Positions 18,356 to 26,270 of a stretch of 26,270 nucleotides of DNA are shown here, in pieces (the stretch's first letter is position 1; every line of letters begins with the position of its first letter). The position numbers and the translations under genes were made by a program. The DNA comes from a virus (taxonomy: Duplodnaviria; Caudoviricetes). The notes under the pieces are model-generated. The model saw only the letters and a program-made list of their open reading frames with translations, ran no database searches and was not told where the DNA came from. Location: positions 1 to 26,270 of the IMG/VR virus record IMGVR_UViG_3300020440_001329, one strand, 5' to 3'.

Positions 18356-19573
18356 ATGGCAAAATGGACAGTAAAGGGCGTCATAGATGACGAACCTAAA
18401 ACAAAACAAGAAACAGAACAAGCGGTTCTTGACAAAGCGGTTGAAAAGGGGGAAATAGAACCTGAAGCTGCTGGCAAAGAATCAGAAGAAACACCAAAAA
18501 TTGATTTAGATGCCGTTCAGAAGCAAAGCACAGATGAGGTTCCTGTACGCGACGAACCCACAACTAGCGAAAAAGTTCAAGAAGAAAACATCGAAAACAA
18601 AGATGAAGACACTTCCGGAGAAACTCAAGAAGACGAGTCGCCGATCGAAATCGTCAATGAGGAGGAAACTCCGCAGGTAAATGATCAGCCAAAAGTTGAT
18701 CAAAGAGCCGCTGAAATAAACGAACAACCACAACCTGTGGAACAAACACCACAAGTTGAGCTACCAGAAAATATTGATAAACTAATTAAGTTTATGGATG
18801 AAACTGGAGGCACTCTTGAAGATTATGTTAATATGAATAGAGATGTTTCAGATTTATCCGACGGTGAACTATTAAGACAATATTATTCTCAATCAAAACC
18901 TTGGGACTCACAAGAAATAAACGAATATATGGAAGATAATTTTTCATATGACCAAGAAGAAGATGAGCCAAGAGATATACGTTCTAAGAAAAGAGCGTTT
19001 AAAGAAGAACTTCATAATGCACGTAAATTTTTTAATAATCACAAAGAAAAGTATTACGCGGATCTTAAGTTAAACCGCCAAAAAGAAATTCCACAAGATT
19101 ATCAAGAAGCTTATAATGCATATGGTGAATATACAAAAGAACAAGAATTAAATAAACAACTTAATCAGGTTTTTTTAGAAAGAACAGACGGCGTATTTAA
19201 CGATGACTTTAGAGGTTTTGATTTCCAAGTTGGAGACAATAAATACCGTTATAAAGTTAATAACGTTAATGAAACAAAACGCCTACAATCTGATATTTCT
19301 AACTTTATCAAACCTTTTATGAATGATAAAGGTGAAATTGGAAATGTTACTGGGTATCACAAAGCTTTATTCGCTGCACGAAATGCAGATAAGCTAGCGC
19401 AGCATTTTTATGAGCAAGGCCGTGCCGATGCTTTAAAACAAAATGCTAAAGACGCTAAGAATATTGATATGACACCCAGACAAGAAGGTACAATACAAAC
19501 AAAAACCGGTCAAAAATTTAAAGTTGTTTCTGGCGATTCTAGTTCTAAACTAAGAATTAAACTTAAACAATAA
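18356..19573 (+). CDS. Acidic protein between portal and capsid, probable scaffolding protein
   Basis: E/Q/P-rich disordered N-terminal third, helical C-terminal part (HFYEQGRADA); position in the head module. Confidence 0.7.
   Translation: MAKWTVKGVIDDEPKTKQETEQAVLDKAVEKGEIEPEAAGKESEETPKIDLDAVQKQSTDEVPVRDEPTTSEKVQEENIENKDEDTSGETQEDESPIEIVNEEETPQVNDQPKVDQRAAEINEQPQPVEQTPQVELPENIDKLIKFMDETGGTLEDYVNMNRDVSDLSDGELLRQYYSQSKPWDSQEINEYMEDNFSYDQEEDEPRDIRSKKRAFKEELHNARKFFNNHKEKYYADLKLNRQKEIPQDYQEAYNAYGEYTKEQELNKQLNQVFLERTDGVFNDDFRGFDFQVGDNKYRYKVNNVNETKRLQSDISNFIKPFMNDKGEIGNVTGYHKALFAARNADKLAQHFYEQGRADALKQNAKDAKNIDMTPRQEGTIQTKTGQKFKVVSGDSSSKLRIKLKQ
18510..18680 (+). CDS. Overprinted 56-aa basic protein (+1 frame) nested in the scaffold gene
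   Basis: MPFRSKAQMRFLYATNPQLAKKFKKKTSKTKMKTLPEKLKKTSRRSKSSMRRKLRR*. The N-terminal motif resembles standalone small phage proteins of MPFKSKAQ.R..YA..P type (from recall). Host-frame codon usage shifts over this span. Confidence 0.7.
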   Translation: MPFRSKAQMRFLYATNPQLAKKFKKKTSKTKMKTLPEKLKKTSRRSKSSMRRKLRR

Positions 19574-19585
19574 ACATTTTAAAAA

Positions 19586-21037
19586 ATGGCTTTAACAACT
19601 GGAATTGAACATTTAACTCCCTCGCCAAGTAAAGGGACGTTATTCCAAGGTAACTATATTACCGATTTTGATTTTACAAAACAATTTTTACCAGACGTAT
19701 ACGAAAAAGAAGCTGAGGTTTACGGAAATCGTTCTATCTCTTCTTTCTTGCGTATGGTGTCTGCTGAGATGCCCTCTGCTTCTGACGAAATAAGATGGGT
19801 AGAACAAGGAAGATTACACATCCGCTACGACAATGTTGCTTTAGGTACTGCTAATGCAAATGGCACAGTAGTATTTACTGTAACTTTTGACGCAAATCCT
19901 GATGCTGTAGCTTATGCTGCTGGTGCTGCTCCTGCCGTACGTGTAGGTCAAACTATTATGGTACAAGGACAAACTTCAGCTGGTGCTGCTACTGGACCTG
20001 TACTTAAAGGTGTAGTAACTGTAGCTGGTGCTGCTGCTGCTGGAGACACAGGTACTTTCTCAGCTGTATGTTATACTGCTGCCAACTTTAACACCGTTAC
20101 TGGAGCTGCTTCTTATGATCACGCAACTGTATTAGTATATGGTTCTGAGTTTGCAAAAGGAACAGACGGAATGGACGGGTCAATTGATGCTTCTTATAGC
20201 TCATACACTAACAAACCAATTATCTTAAAAGATAACTACGCTGTTAATGGATCTGACACTGCTCAGATTGGTTGGATTGAAGTTACTTCTGAAAACGGAG
20301 CTTCTGGATACCTATGGTATTTAAAATCAGAGCATGAAACGCGTCAGCGTTTTGAAGATTACCTAGAAATGGCTATGGTAGAAGCTGTAGAAAAAGCAGG
20401 TACTGCTGGATCAGCTTTCCCATCTAACATTACTGGTTCTGAAGGGTTATTTGCTGCTCTAGAAAGCAGAGGAAATGTATTTACAGATCTTTCTGCTGAT
20501 ACAGATCTTTCTGATTTTGATACTATTCTTAAGCAACTAGATAAGAATGGTGCTATTGAAGAAAACATGCTTTACACAGATAGAGATCTATCTTTATCAA
20601 TTGATGATGGATTAGCTTCTAAAAATTCTTACGGGTCTGGTGGTACTTCTTACGGAGTATTCAACAACTCTGAAGATATGGCTTTAAATTTAGGATTTGC
20701 TGGTTTCCGCAGAGGTTCTTATGACTTCTACAAAACTGATTGGAAATATCTAAATGATTTTGCTACTAGAGGCGGATTTGGTGACATCGAAGGAGTACTT
20801 ATTCCTGCTGGTACATCAACTGTATACGATCAGCAATTAGGTCAAAATATTAAACGACCATTCTTGCATATCCGATACAGAGCATCTGAAACTGATGATA
20901 GAAAAATGAAAACTTGGATTACAGGTTCTGTAGGTGGAGCTTATACTTCTACTACTGACGAAATGCGAGTTTCTTTCTTATCTGAAAGATGTTTGATTAC
21001 TCAAGGAGCTAATAACTTCTTCTTATTGAAAGACTAA
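19586..21037 (+). CDS. Major capsid protein (crAss-like, presumed HK97 fold), 483 aa
   Basis: Position after portal and scaffold; WVEQGRLH, GSEFAKGT, GSDTAQIGWIEV, GYLWYLK, LNLGFAGFRRG motifs; strong GCT/TCT/ACT bias suggests high expression; hairpin follows. Confidence 0.9.
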   Translation: MALTTGIEHLTPSPSKGTLFQGNYITDFDFTKQFLPDVYEKEAEVYGNRSISSFLRMVSAEMPSASDEIRWVEQGRLHIRYDNVALGTANANGTVVFTVTFDANPDAVAYAAGAAPAVRVGQTIMVQGQTSAGAATGPVLKGVVTVAGAAAAGDTGTFSAVCYTAANFNTVTGAASYDHATVLVYGSEFAKGTDGMDGSIDASYSSYTNKPIILKDNYAVNGSDTAQIGWIEVTSENGASGYLWYLKSEHETRQRFEDYLEMAMVEAVEKAGTAGSAFPSNITGSEGLFAALESRGNVFTDLSADTDLSDFDTILKQLDKNGAIEENMLYTDRDLSLSIDDGLASKNSYGSGGTSYGVFNNSEDMALNLGFAGFRRGSYDFYKTDWKYLNDFATRGGFGDIEGVLIPAGTSTVYDQQLGQNIKRPFLHIRYRASETDDRKMKTWITGSVGGAYTSTTDEMRVSFLSERCLITQGANNFFLLKD

Positions 21038-21046
21038 TTATTAATG

Positions 21047-21090
21047 TAAGGGACGGGGCGTTTTAGAGCGCCCCTGCTCTTATTTATTTT
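21047..21090 (+). terminator. Probable intrinsic terminator after the major capsid gene
   Basis: GGGGCG(TT)-ttag-(AG)CGCCCC stem at 21055-21074, extendable by TAAG/CTTA, followed by T-rich tcttatttatttt. Confidence 0.7.
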
Positions 21091-21103
21091 ATTAAATTAT
21101 ATT

Positions 21104-21829
21104 ATGGAAAATTGGGAAGTACGGGACAGAACATATGTCCTTAAAAACGGTTTATCGCCGCTGACTTATACCATCAAATCAAAAAATATTTTATGGTTTG
21201 ATGAAAAGAAAAAAACAAATCGTGAAATACGATATGCTACTAATCAAAATTCTTTATTCAGAGATGAACAAGATGATTTTGCTAGACTAGCTCACATAAC
21301 ATTTCAAAACGGAGTACTTCACGTACCTCGAACAGAAGTGATGTTACAACAGCTTCTTTCTTTATATCATCCTAGTAAAGATAATCTTTATGAAGAAATA
21401 GATGAAGTACAAGAAGCAATTGACGAAGTTGAAGTAATTGAATTTGAACTTCACGCAATGAAACTTGTTCAAGAATTAGAAATAGAGCATTTAGAAGCGA
21501 TACTTAGAACAGAAATTGGTTCTGATGTAAGTAAAATGTCTTCAAAAGAAATAAAAAGAGATTGTTATCTTTTTGCTAAAAACAACCCAAAGCTATTTGT
21601 AGAAGTTGCAACAGATGAAGATATTAAACTTCGTAACTTAGCTAATAGATGTGTTGAAGCTGGAATAGTTAATTTAACAGATGATAACACAGTATTTAAA
21701 TGGGCATCAAATGGTAAAAAGATTTTAACAGTACCTTTTGAAGAACATCCATATACAGCGTTTGCGCGATTCTTTAAAACAGATGAAGGTGTAGACGTTA
21801 TGAAAGCAATAACTAAAAAGCTTTCGTAA
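21104..21829 (+). CDS. Conserved protein downstream of the capsid gene (crAss-like capsid module), 241 aa
   Basis: REIRYATNQ.S.F.DEQ and ITFQNGVLHVP motifs; syntenic position. Confidence 0.65.
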   Translation: MENWEVRDRTYVLKNGLSPLTYTIKSKNILWFDEKKKTNREIRYATNQNSLFRDEQDDFARLAHITFQNGVLHVPRTEVMLQQLLSLYHPSKDNLYEEIDEVQEAIDEVEVIEFELHAMKLVQELEIEHLEAILRTEIGSDVSKMSSKEIKRDCYLFAKNNPKLFVEVATDEDIKLRNLANRCVEAGIVNLTDDNTVFKWASNGKKILTVPFEEHPYTAFARFFKTDEGVDVMKAITKKLS

Positions 21830-21835
21830 AAACCA

Positions 21836-21863
21836 GGTTATAGTTATTCGTTTAGCTATAACC
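21836..21863 (+). other. Intergenic stem-loop (weak terminator or RNA processing/stability element)
   Basis: GGTTATAGTTA-ttcgtt-TAGCTATAACC, an 11-bp stem with one G-U pair; no clean U-tract. Confidence 0.55.
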
Positions 21864-21884
21864 ATCTAATTAATAATAAAACCA

Positions 21885-22589
21885 ATGGTAAGTATAGACA
21901 ACGTTTATAAAACAGTTTTAAATATCCTTAATAAAGAAAATAGAGGTTATGTAGTGCCAAGAGAATTTAATACTCTTGCACTTCAAGCACAAAGTGAAAT
22001 ATTTGAGGGATATTTTTCTTCAAGAAACTATGCTTTAACTAATGATTCTGATTATTCAGATATTAGAAAAAACATAGAAGAAAAAATAGCTTTATTTGAA
22101 AACGAAGAAACAATTTCCTCAGGCACATTTGCTAATGCCGCTGGTAATTCAACTACTAGTTATTATGCTTACCCTAGTAACTTTTATAGATTGAGTAGCG
22201 TTTCAGTAAGCGGTATTCCTATTGAGGAGGTTACTAATAAAAAAATAAACTATATAAACAAATCACCTTTAACAAAGCCTACAATAAAAAATCCTTTGTA
22301 TGTTAGGCATGAAGATGGTTTAGTAGTGCACCCTTTAACCGGTGTTACAGATATTTTAATAAACTATGTTAGAATACCTGCTGAACCTCAATGGGTTGGT
22401 GGTACTACTGCTGGACAAATAGTAGCTAATACTAGTGCTAGTAATTATAAAGATTTTGAATTACATAGCTCAGAGTTTCCAGAATTAGTTATTAAAATAT
22501 TATCATATGCAGGTGTTATTATAAGAGCAGCAGATGTAGCACAGGTTGCATCAGCTAAAGAACAACAAATAATTCAATCTGAACGATAA
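21885..22589 (+). CDS. Head-tail connector/ring-type structural protein, 234 aa
   Basis: ILNKENRGY..P.EFN.LA..AQ, YPSNFYRL, NYVRIP..P.W, FELH.SE...LV.KIL.YAG; synteny with crAss-like tail genes. Confidence 0.65.
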   Translation: MVSIDNVYKTVLNILNKENRGYVVPREFNTLALQAQSEIFEGYFSSRNYALTNDSDYSDIRKNIEEKIALFENEETISSGTFANAAGNSTTSYYAYPSNFYRLSSVSVSGIPIEEVTNKKINYINKSPLTKPTIKNPLYVRHEDGLVVHPLTGVTDILINYVRIPAEPQWVGGTTAGQIVANTSASNYKDFELHSSEFPELVIKILSYAGVIIRAADVAQVASAKEQQIIQSER

Positions 22590-23539
22590 TGGCAGAAACA
22601 AGAAAGTTATATAACGAAAGAGGTTATTATGCAACACGTCAAGGCGATACGGCTAATATACCGTCTGATTTTCAAGGATTAGGATATTATAGAAGAACTA
22701 ACCTTGAAGATGCAGTAAACAACTTTATTGTTGCTTATATAGGTGAAGATAAAGTTTTACCTAAAGTGCCAAGATATGAAGTTGAGTTTTGGGCACAAAG
22801 AGGTATGCAAGAATTTAGCTATGATATACTACACAGTCAAAAAAGTATAGAAGTTGAATTGGGCCCAGCATTAACAGTACCATTGCCACAAGATTATGTA
22901 TCATTAGTTCAAGTGTCTCATGTTGGCGAAGACGGTGTAAGAAACTGTTTACTTGCAAAAAGAAAAAGTAGCAATGCAACGGCACCAACACAGGATGGTA
23001 GCTTTAATTATACATTTGACAGCAACGGAGAACTTATTGTAGCATCTGAATCTGAAATGATAAAAAGATTTCAAGATGAAAATAATCCAGATAATGTAGT
23101 TCAATCCGCACAAGATTATTATTATTCGAACTATAATAATGATAACTTTTCATATTTTAATAAAAGATTTGGCGGTATACCTGAAGAAATGAATGCAGGT
23201 GGCAACTATGTTTTAAGTGAAGAAGATGGTATTATATACTTTGACGGATCATTTGCAAGCTCTGGGCAAGACTTAGTGGTAATAGATTATATATCTGATG
23301 GTATTGCTGATAATGGCGATCTATCAAATGTATATATACCTAAACTTGCTGAAGATGCTTTATATGCTTATATTCTTTATAACCTATCGAAGTTACGCCC
23401 TGCTAGCGCGCAGCTTGCGCCGCTTTATAAAAAAGAAGCAGGAGCTAAAATGCGAAACGCAAAAATAAGATTAAGTAATTACAACTTAAAAGAGCTAGCT
23501 CAAGTATTGAGAGGAAAAGCTAAATGGATTAAACACTAA
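22589..23539 (+). CDS. Ring/tail tubular-type structural protein, 316 aa
   Basis: AQRGMQEFSYD, LPQDYV, DYISDG, IPKLAEDALYAYI, RNAKIRLS motifs; TAATG coupling. Confidence 0.65.
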   Translation: MAETRKLYNERGYYATRQGDTANIPSDFQGLGYYRRTNLEDAVNNFIVAYIGEDKVLPKVPRYEVEFWAQRGMQEFSYDILHSQKSIEVELGPALTVPLPQDYVSLVQVSHVGEDGVRNCLLAKRKSSNATAPTQDGSFNYTFDSNGELIVASESEMIKRFQDENNPDNVVQSAQDYYYSNYNNDNFSYFNKRFGGIPEEMNAGGNYVLSEEDGIIYFDGSFASSGQDLVVIDYISDGIADNGDLSNVYIPKLAEDALYAYILYNLSKLRPASAQLAPLYKKEAGAKMRNAKIRLSNYNLKELAQVLRGKAKWIKH

Positions 23540-23545
23540 AATTAA

Positions 23546-25537
23546 ATGGCAGAAAGTAAAAGAACATTCCAAGGCGCCAAGATGAATAAAGACATCGAGG
23601 AAAAAATATTAAAGCCTGGTGAATATAGAGATGCACTTAATATAAGCGTAGACTTTTCAGAAGATGGAAATATTGGTTCTATAGAAAACTTAAAAGGGAA
23701 TGCTCTTATTGGTGGACAAAATATAATTAGTGATAAAATAACTAATCCTAAAGTTATAGGCAGTTATCCTAATCCTGAAGAAAATAAAATATATTATTTC
23801 GTTACAGGCACAAACGCCGATGGAATATTTGAATACGATGCAACCGATCCCGCTAATCCGGTTGTATCAACAGTAATAATAGATAGCACAACAGCGGCTA
23901 AAACTGTTGAACAAAAAAACTTTCTTTTTACTGACGCAGGCGCTCAAGCTTCTGTTGCTAAAAATGGTTTTATAAGCGTTAGTTCACAAAGAGGAATAAT
24001 AGAAAGTTTAACTGAAAATTTTGATGTAGTATCCGTGGATACACCAAGAAATGTTTTGGTTAGAGTGAAAGTTCCAAAAGGATTTTTAAACACAGGTGAC
24101 TTTGTTTCAGACACCATATCTACAACCCAATTAGCTATTTCTGCGCCTGAAGTAATACAGAATGAACCAACAAATATAACTGAAAATCAATTTACTTTAA
24201 ATGCAGAATACACTAGTAATAGTGCTAGCTTAACAGATATAGGATTTTATTGGATATTAAACACTGGAGGTGGTGTTACTACAAGTATTTATTCTAATGA
24301 ACTTAGAATAGACGCTAGCGACTTGGTTGGAAGCTCAGCTTTATTAGGTAAATATGTACAAAAACACGGCATTAATTTAGACCCTTTTGAGGGGGTCGCT
24401 GCTAGCGGCTTAATATTAATTGATAAAAGTGGAGCTACAATATCTGATTCTACATATACAATATTTACAAATAACGAATCAAGAGCGCCACATTCAATTA
24501 CATTTTCAACATTACCTAGCTTTCCGATAACTGTAGCTGAAATTGCTTCCGCAACTACAATAACAGATGCATATACACCTGCACAAATACAAAGCGGCGG
24601 AAATCAAATATCTTTATCTTCTAATATAGTTTCGCCATTTACTTCAACCGTAACAGGACAAACTGCAGGATCGCAAATAGCTTCTGTTGCATACGCAACA
24701 AACAGCGCAGGTACAACGTTAAGTGAAGTAAAATATTTTACACTTAAAGCATCGAGTATTAATAGATGGAGTGGAACAGAATATGTTATAGTTCCCGCTA
24801 TAGAAGATATAACAGCAGGAAACTTAACAGACGAGGTAGACGATAGAAATCTAGGTTATGGAAGTTTCTTTAAAACTAGCGGTGATTGTATTTTAAACAT
24901 AGCAGCACCTTCAACCGATGGACTGCGCGCAAACGCAACCGTAATTACTAGCTTAGATGATGATACATCAGGTTTTTCATCAAGTCCGACTGGATTAACA
25001 TTTGCCAGAGCATTTGGTGCTAATAACAATACAAGAACAGCAGCAGTATTTGTAAGTAATTTTTCTGCAAATACAAGTTATCAAATAACAATACCAACAA
25101 ATTCTGGTATTCCAGCAAAAACTATAAGAATAAATAAAGGAACGCCTTCGGGTACATTTCATACTTCAACTTTAAGTTTAAATTTATCTGGTGTTAATGT
25201 AACAAAAGTTAGCAGCGGGGGGTATCAATATAACACATCACCTAATCCTAACGCTTCATACATATTAGGCCCAGTATCTTCAGGTGAGTCTGTTCAAGTT
25301 GTTATACCGCTAAATGATACAACTTCTGTGTTGTCATCAGCATCTAGTTTTGTTAGTTCTTTTGATGCTAATAATTTAAGTGTAACAGTTACAGGGAAAA
25401 CAGAGGGTGTTGATTTTGATTATTATATTGAAGATACTAGTACAGCGGTTCTTGGGTTTTCACCTGGTATTATATTTGAAGGTACACCTTCGTTATTAGG
25501 AACGTCTCCAACTGTAAATATAACATATACAACATAA
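23546..25537 (+). CDS. N-terminal ~115 aa of a muzzle/tail-stabilisation protein (P22 gp10-like) fused to S/T-rich Ig/fn3-like domains, 663 aa
   Basis: KMNKD.....K.GEYRDALNI......G..ENLKGN start motif, IYYFVT and IFEYD strands; later AYATNSAGTT fn3-like motif. Confidence 0.75.
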   Translation: MAESKRTFQGAKMNKDIEEKILKPGEYRDALNISVDFSEDGNIGSIENLKGNALIGGQNIISDKITNPKVIGSYPNPEENKIYYFVTGTNADGIFEYDATDPANPVVSTVIIDSTTAAKTVEQKNFLFTDAGAQASVAKNGFISVSSQRGIIESLTENFDVVSVDTPRNVLVRVKVPKGFLNTGDFVSDTISTTQLAISAPEVIQNEPTNITENQFTLNAEYTSNSASLTDIGFYWILNTGGGVTTSIYSNELRIDASDLVGSSALLGKYVQKHGINLDPFEGVAASGLILIDKSGATISDSTYTIFTNNESRAPHSITFSTLPSFPITVAEIASATTITDAYTPAQIQSGGNQISLSSNIVSPFTSTVTGQTAGSQIASVAYATNSAGTTLSEVKYFTLKASSINRWSGTEYVIVPAIEDITAGNLTDEVDDRNLGYGSFFKTSGDCILNIAAPSTDGLRANATVITSLDDDTSGFSSSPTGLTFARAFGANNNTRTAAVFVSNFSANTSYQITIPTNSGIPAKTIRINKGTPSGTFHTSTLSLNLSGVNVTKVSSGGYQYNTSPNPNASYILGPVSSGESVQVVIPLNDTTSVLSSASSFVSSFDANNLSVTVTGKTEGVDFDYYIEDTSTAVLGFSPGIIFEGTPSLLGTSPTVNITYTT

Positions 25538-25785
25538 TGGCACAAATAATATTGTACCCAGCGGGTGAAACAACAGTTAAAACTGTTTTTACTCCAAATA
25601 CAAATATAACTATAGATTTTATAGAAAATAAATATAATTTAAATATTAATTTTTCAGAAGGAGATACTATAAGTAATTCTCAAGAATTATATATTGAAAA
25701 TCAATTTTCAATTGACAAATGCGAAACCATTAATGGTGTTCAAGAATTTGACGCTAACGTTATTGTACAATACACAGAAATATAA
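25537..25785 (+). CDS. Hypothetical 82-aa beta-rich acidic protein
   Basis: TAATG-coupled to the upstream gene and ends 2 nt before the next ATG. Confidence 0.6.
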   Translation: MAQIILYPAGETTVKTVFTPNTNITIDFIENKYNLNINFSEGDTISNSQELYIENQFSIDKCETINGVQEFDANVIVQYTEI

Positions 25786-25787
25786 AT

Positions 25788-26270
25788 ATGCCTAGTAAGA
25801 TACTAAATTTTAATAAAGACCGTTTAATTACAGGGATCAATATAATTGATGGCATGTTATTTTTTACAGATAACGAAACAGAGCCAAAAAAAATTAATAT
25901 TGAAAAGTTTAAAGGTAATAAAGCAGATGCACCTGTAGATCATTCATCAGGTACAACTCATATATATAATCGGCCTTTTGAAGAAAGAGATATTACTGTA
26001 ATAAAAGAACACCCTATAAAAACAATACAAACCTTTACAACCTCTATTGCAGGTTATGGAGGTGGAGATATTATTGATATTGGAGACGGAGCTTCTTATT
26101 ATGATTCAACGTATTCTGGTGAAAATGATACTATAGGGGTTCCTACTGTTACTAATAATGGTTTACAACTAAACTTTATTAATAGAATAATAATAAACGG
26201 TAGTGTGTTAAATTCAAAAGATTTAAGAGAAGTTGGATTTTATTATACTTTTGACCCTGAATATGCCACT
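25788..26270 (+). CDS. Continuation of the muzzle/tail-stabilisation protein (3'-truncated, not in ORF track)
   Basis: Open to the window end: MPSKILNFNKDRLITGINIIDGMLFFTDNETEPKKINI...DITVIKEHP. The LNF..ITGINIID..LFFTDN..EPKKINI motif resembles crAss-like muzzle proteins (from recall). Confidence 0.8.
   Translation, partial: MPSKILNFNKDRLITGINIIDGMLFFTDNETEPKKINIEKFKGNKADAPVDHSSGTTHIYNRPFEERDITVIKEHPIKTIQTFTTSIAGYGGGDIIDIGDGASYYDSTYSGENDTIGVPTVTNNGLQLNFINRIIINGSVLNSKDLREVGFYYTFDPEYAT

Noticed and set aside
714-20568. All listed minus-strand ORFs (60-97 aa)
   Set aside because: They are short antisense shadows of long + strand genes with no recognisable motifs. The one at 18506..18754 overlaps the nested +1 gene, and its openness is plausibly a by-product of the local codon shift.
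13724-21037. Inteins or self-splicing introns in terL, portal or capsid
   Set aside because: The ORFs are continuous, of plausible length, and show no recognisable intein termini or homing-endonuclease motifs.
23405-23424. GC-rich mini-hairpin gcgca-gct-tgcgc
   Set aside because: It is a short stem with a 3-nt loop inside a coding region and is explained by the Ala-Gln-Leu-Ala codons.
1-26270. Stop-codon reassignment, known in some crAss-like phages
   Set aside because: Core genes are full length under the standard code, and TAA, TAG and TGA all end genes at plausible positions.
1-26270. tRNA, rRNA, CRISPR array or IS element
   Set aside because: Intergenic gaps are all under about 80 nt and AT-rich. 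No cloverleaf, repeat-spacer pattern or transposase was seen.

Overview
A 26 kb fragment of an AT-rich dsDNA tailed phage with crAss-like (Crassvirales-related) gene content, probably infecting a Bacteroidota/Flavobacteriaceae host (AT-rich leaders, no Shine-Dalgarno motifs seen). All credible genes are on the + strand and densely packed. In order: small basic protein, groEL, groES, winged-helix-like protein, tail-fibre/adhesin block, lysis block (holin-like, an unlisted 52-aa membrane protein, M15A peptidase), tandem GroES-like protein, terS?, terL, portal, acidic scaffold-like protein, major capsid protein, capsid-associated and ring proteins, and a muzzle/tail-stabilisation gene that appears split. 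The most unusual signals are +1-frame genes nested in core head/packaging genes (a 56-aa basic MPFRSKAQ protein in the scaffold gene; a signal-peptide-bearing ORF in terL), the split muzzle gene, and a possible three-component phage chaperonin set. Family assignments come from motif recognition by eye; no searches were run.
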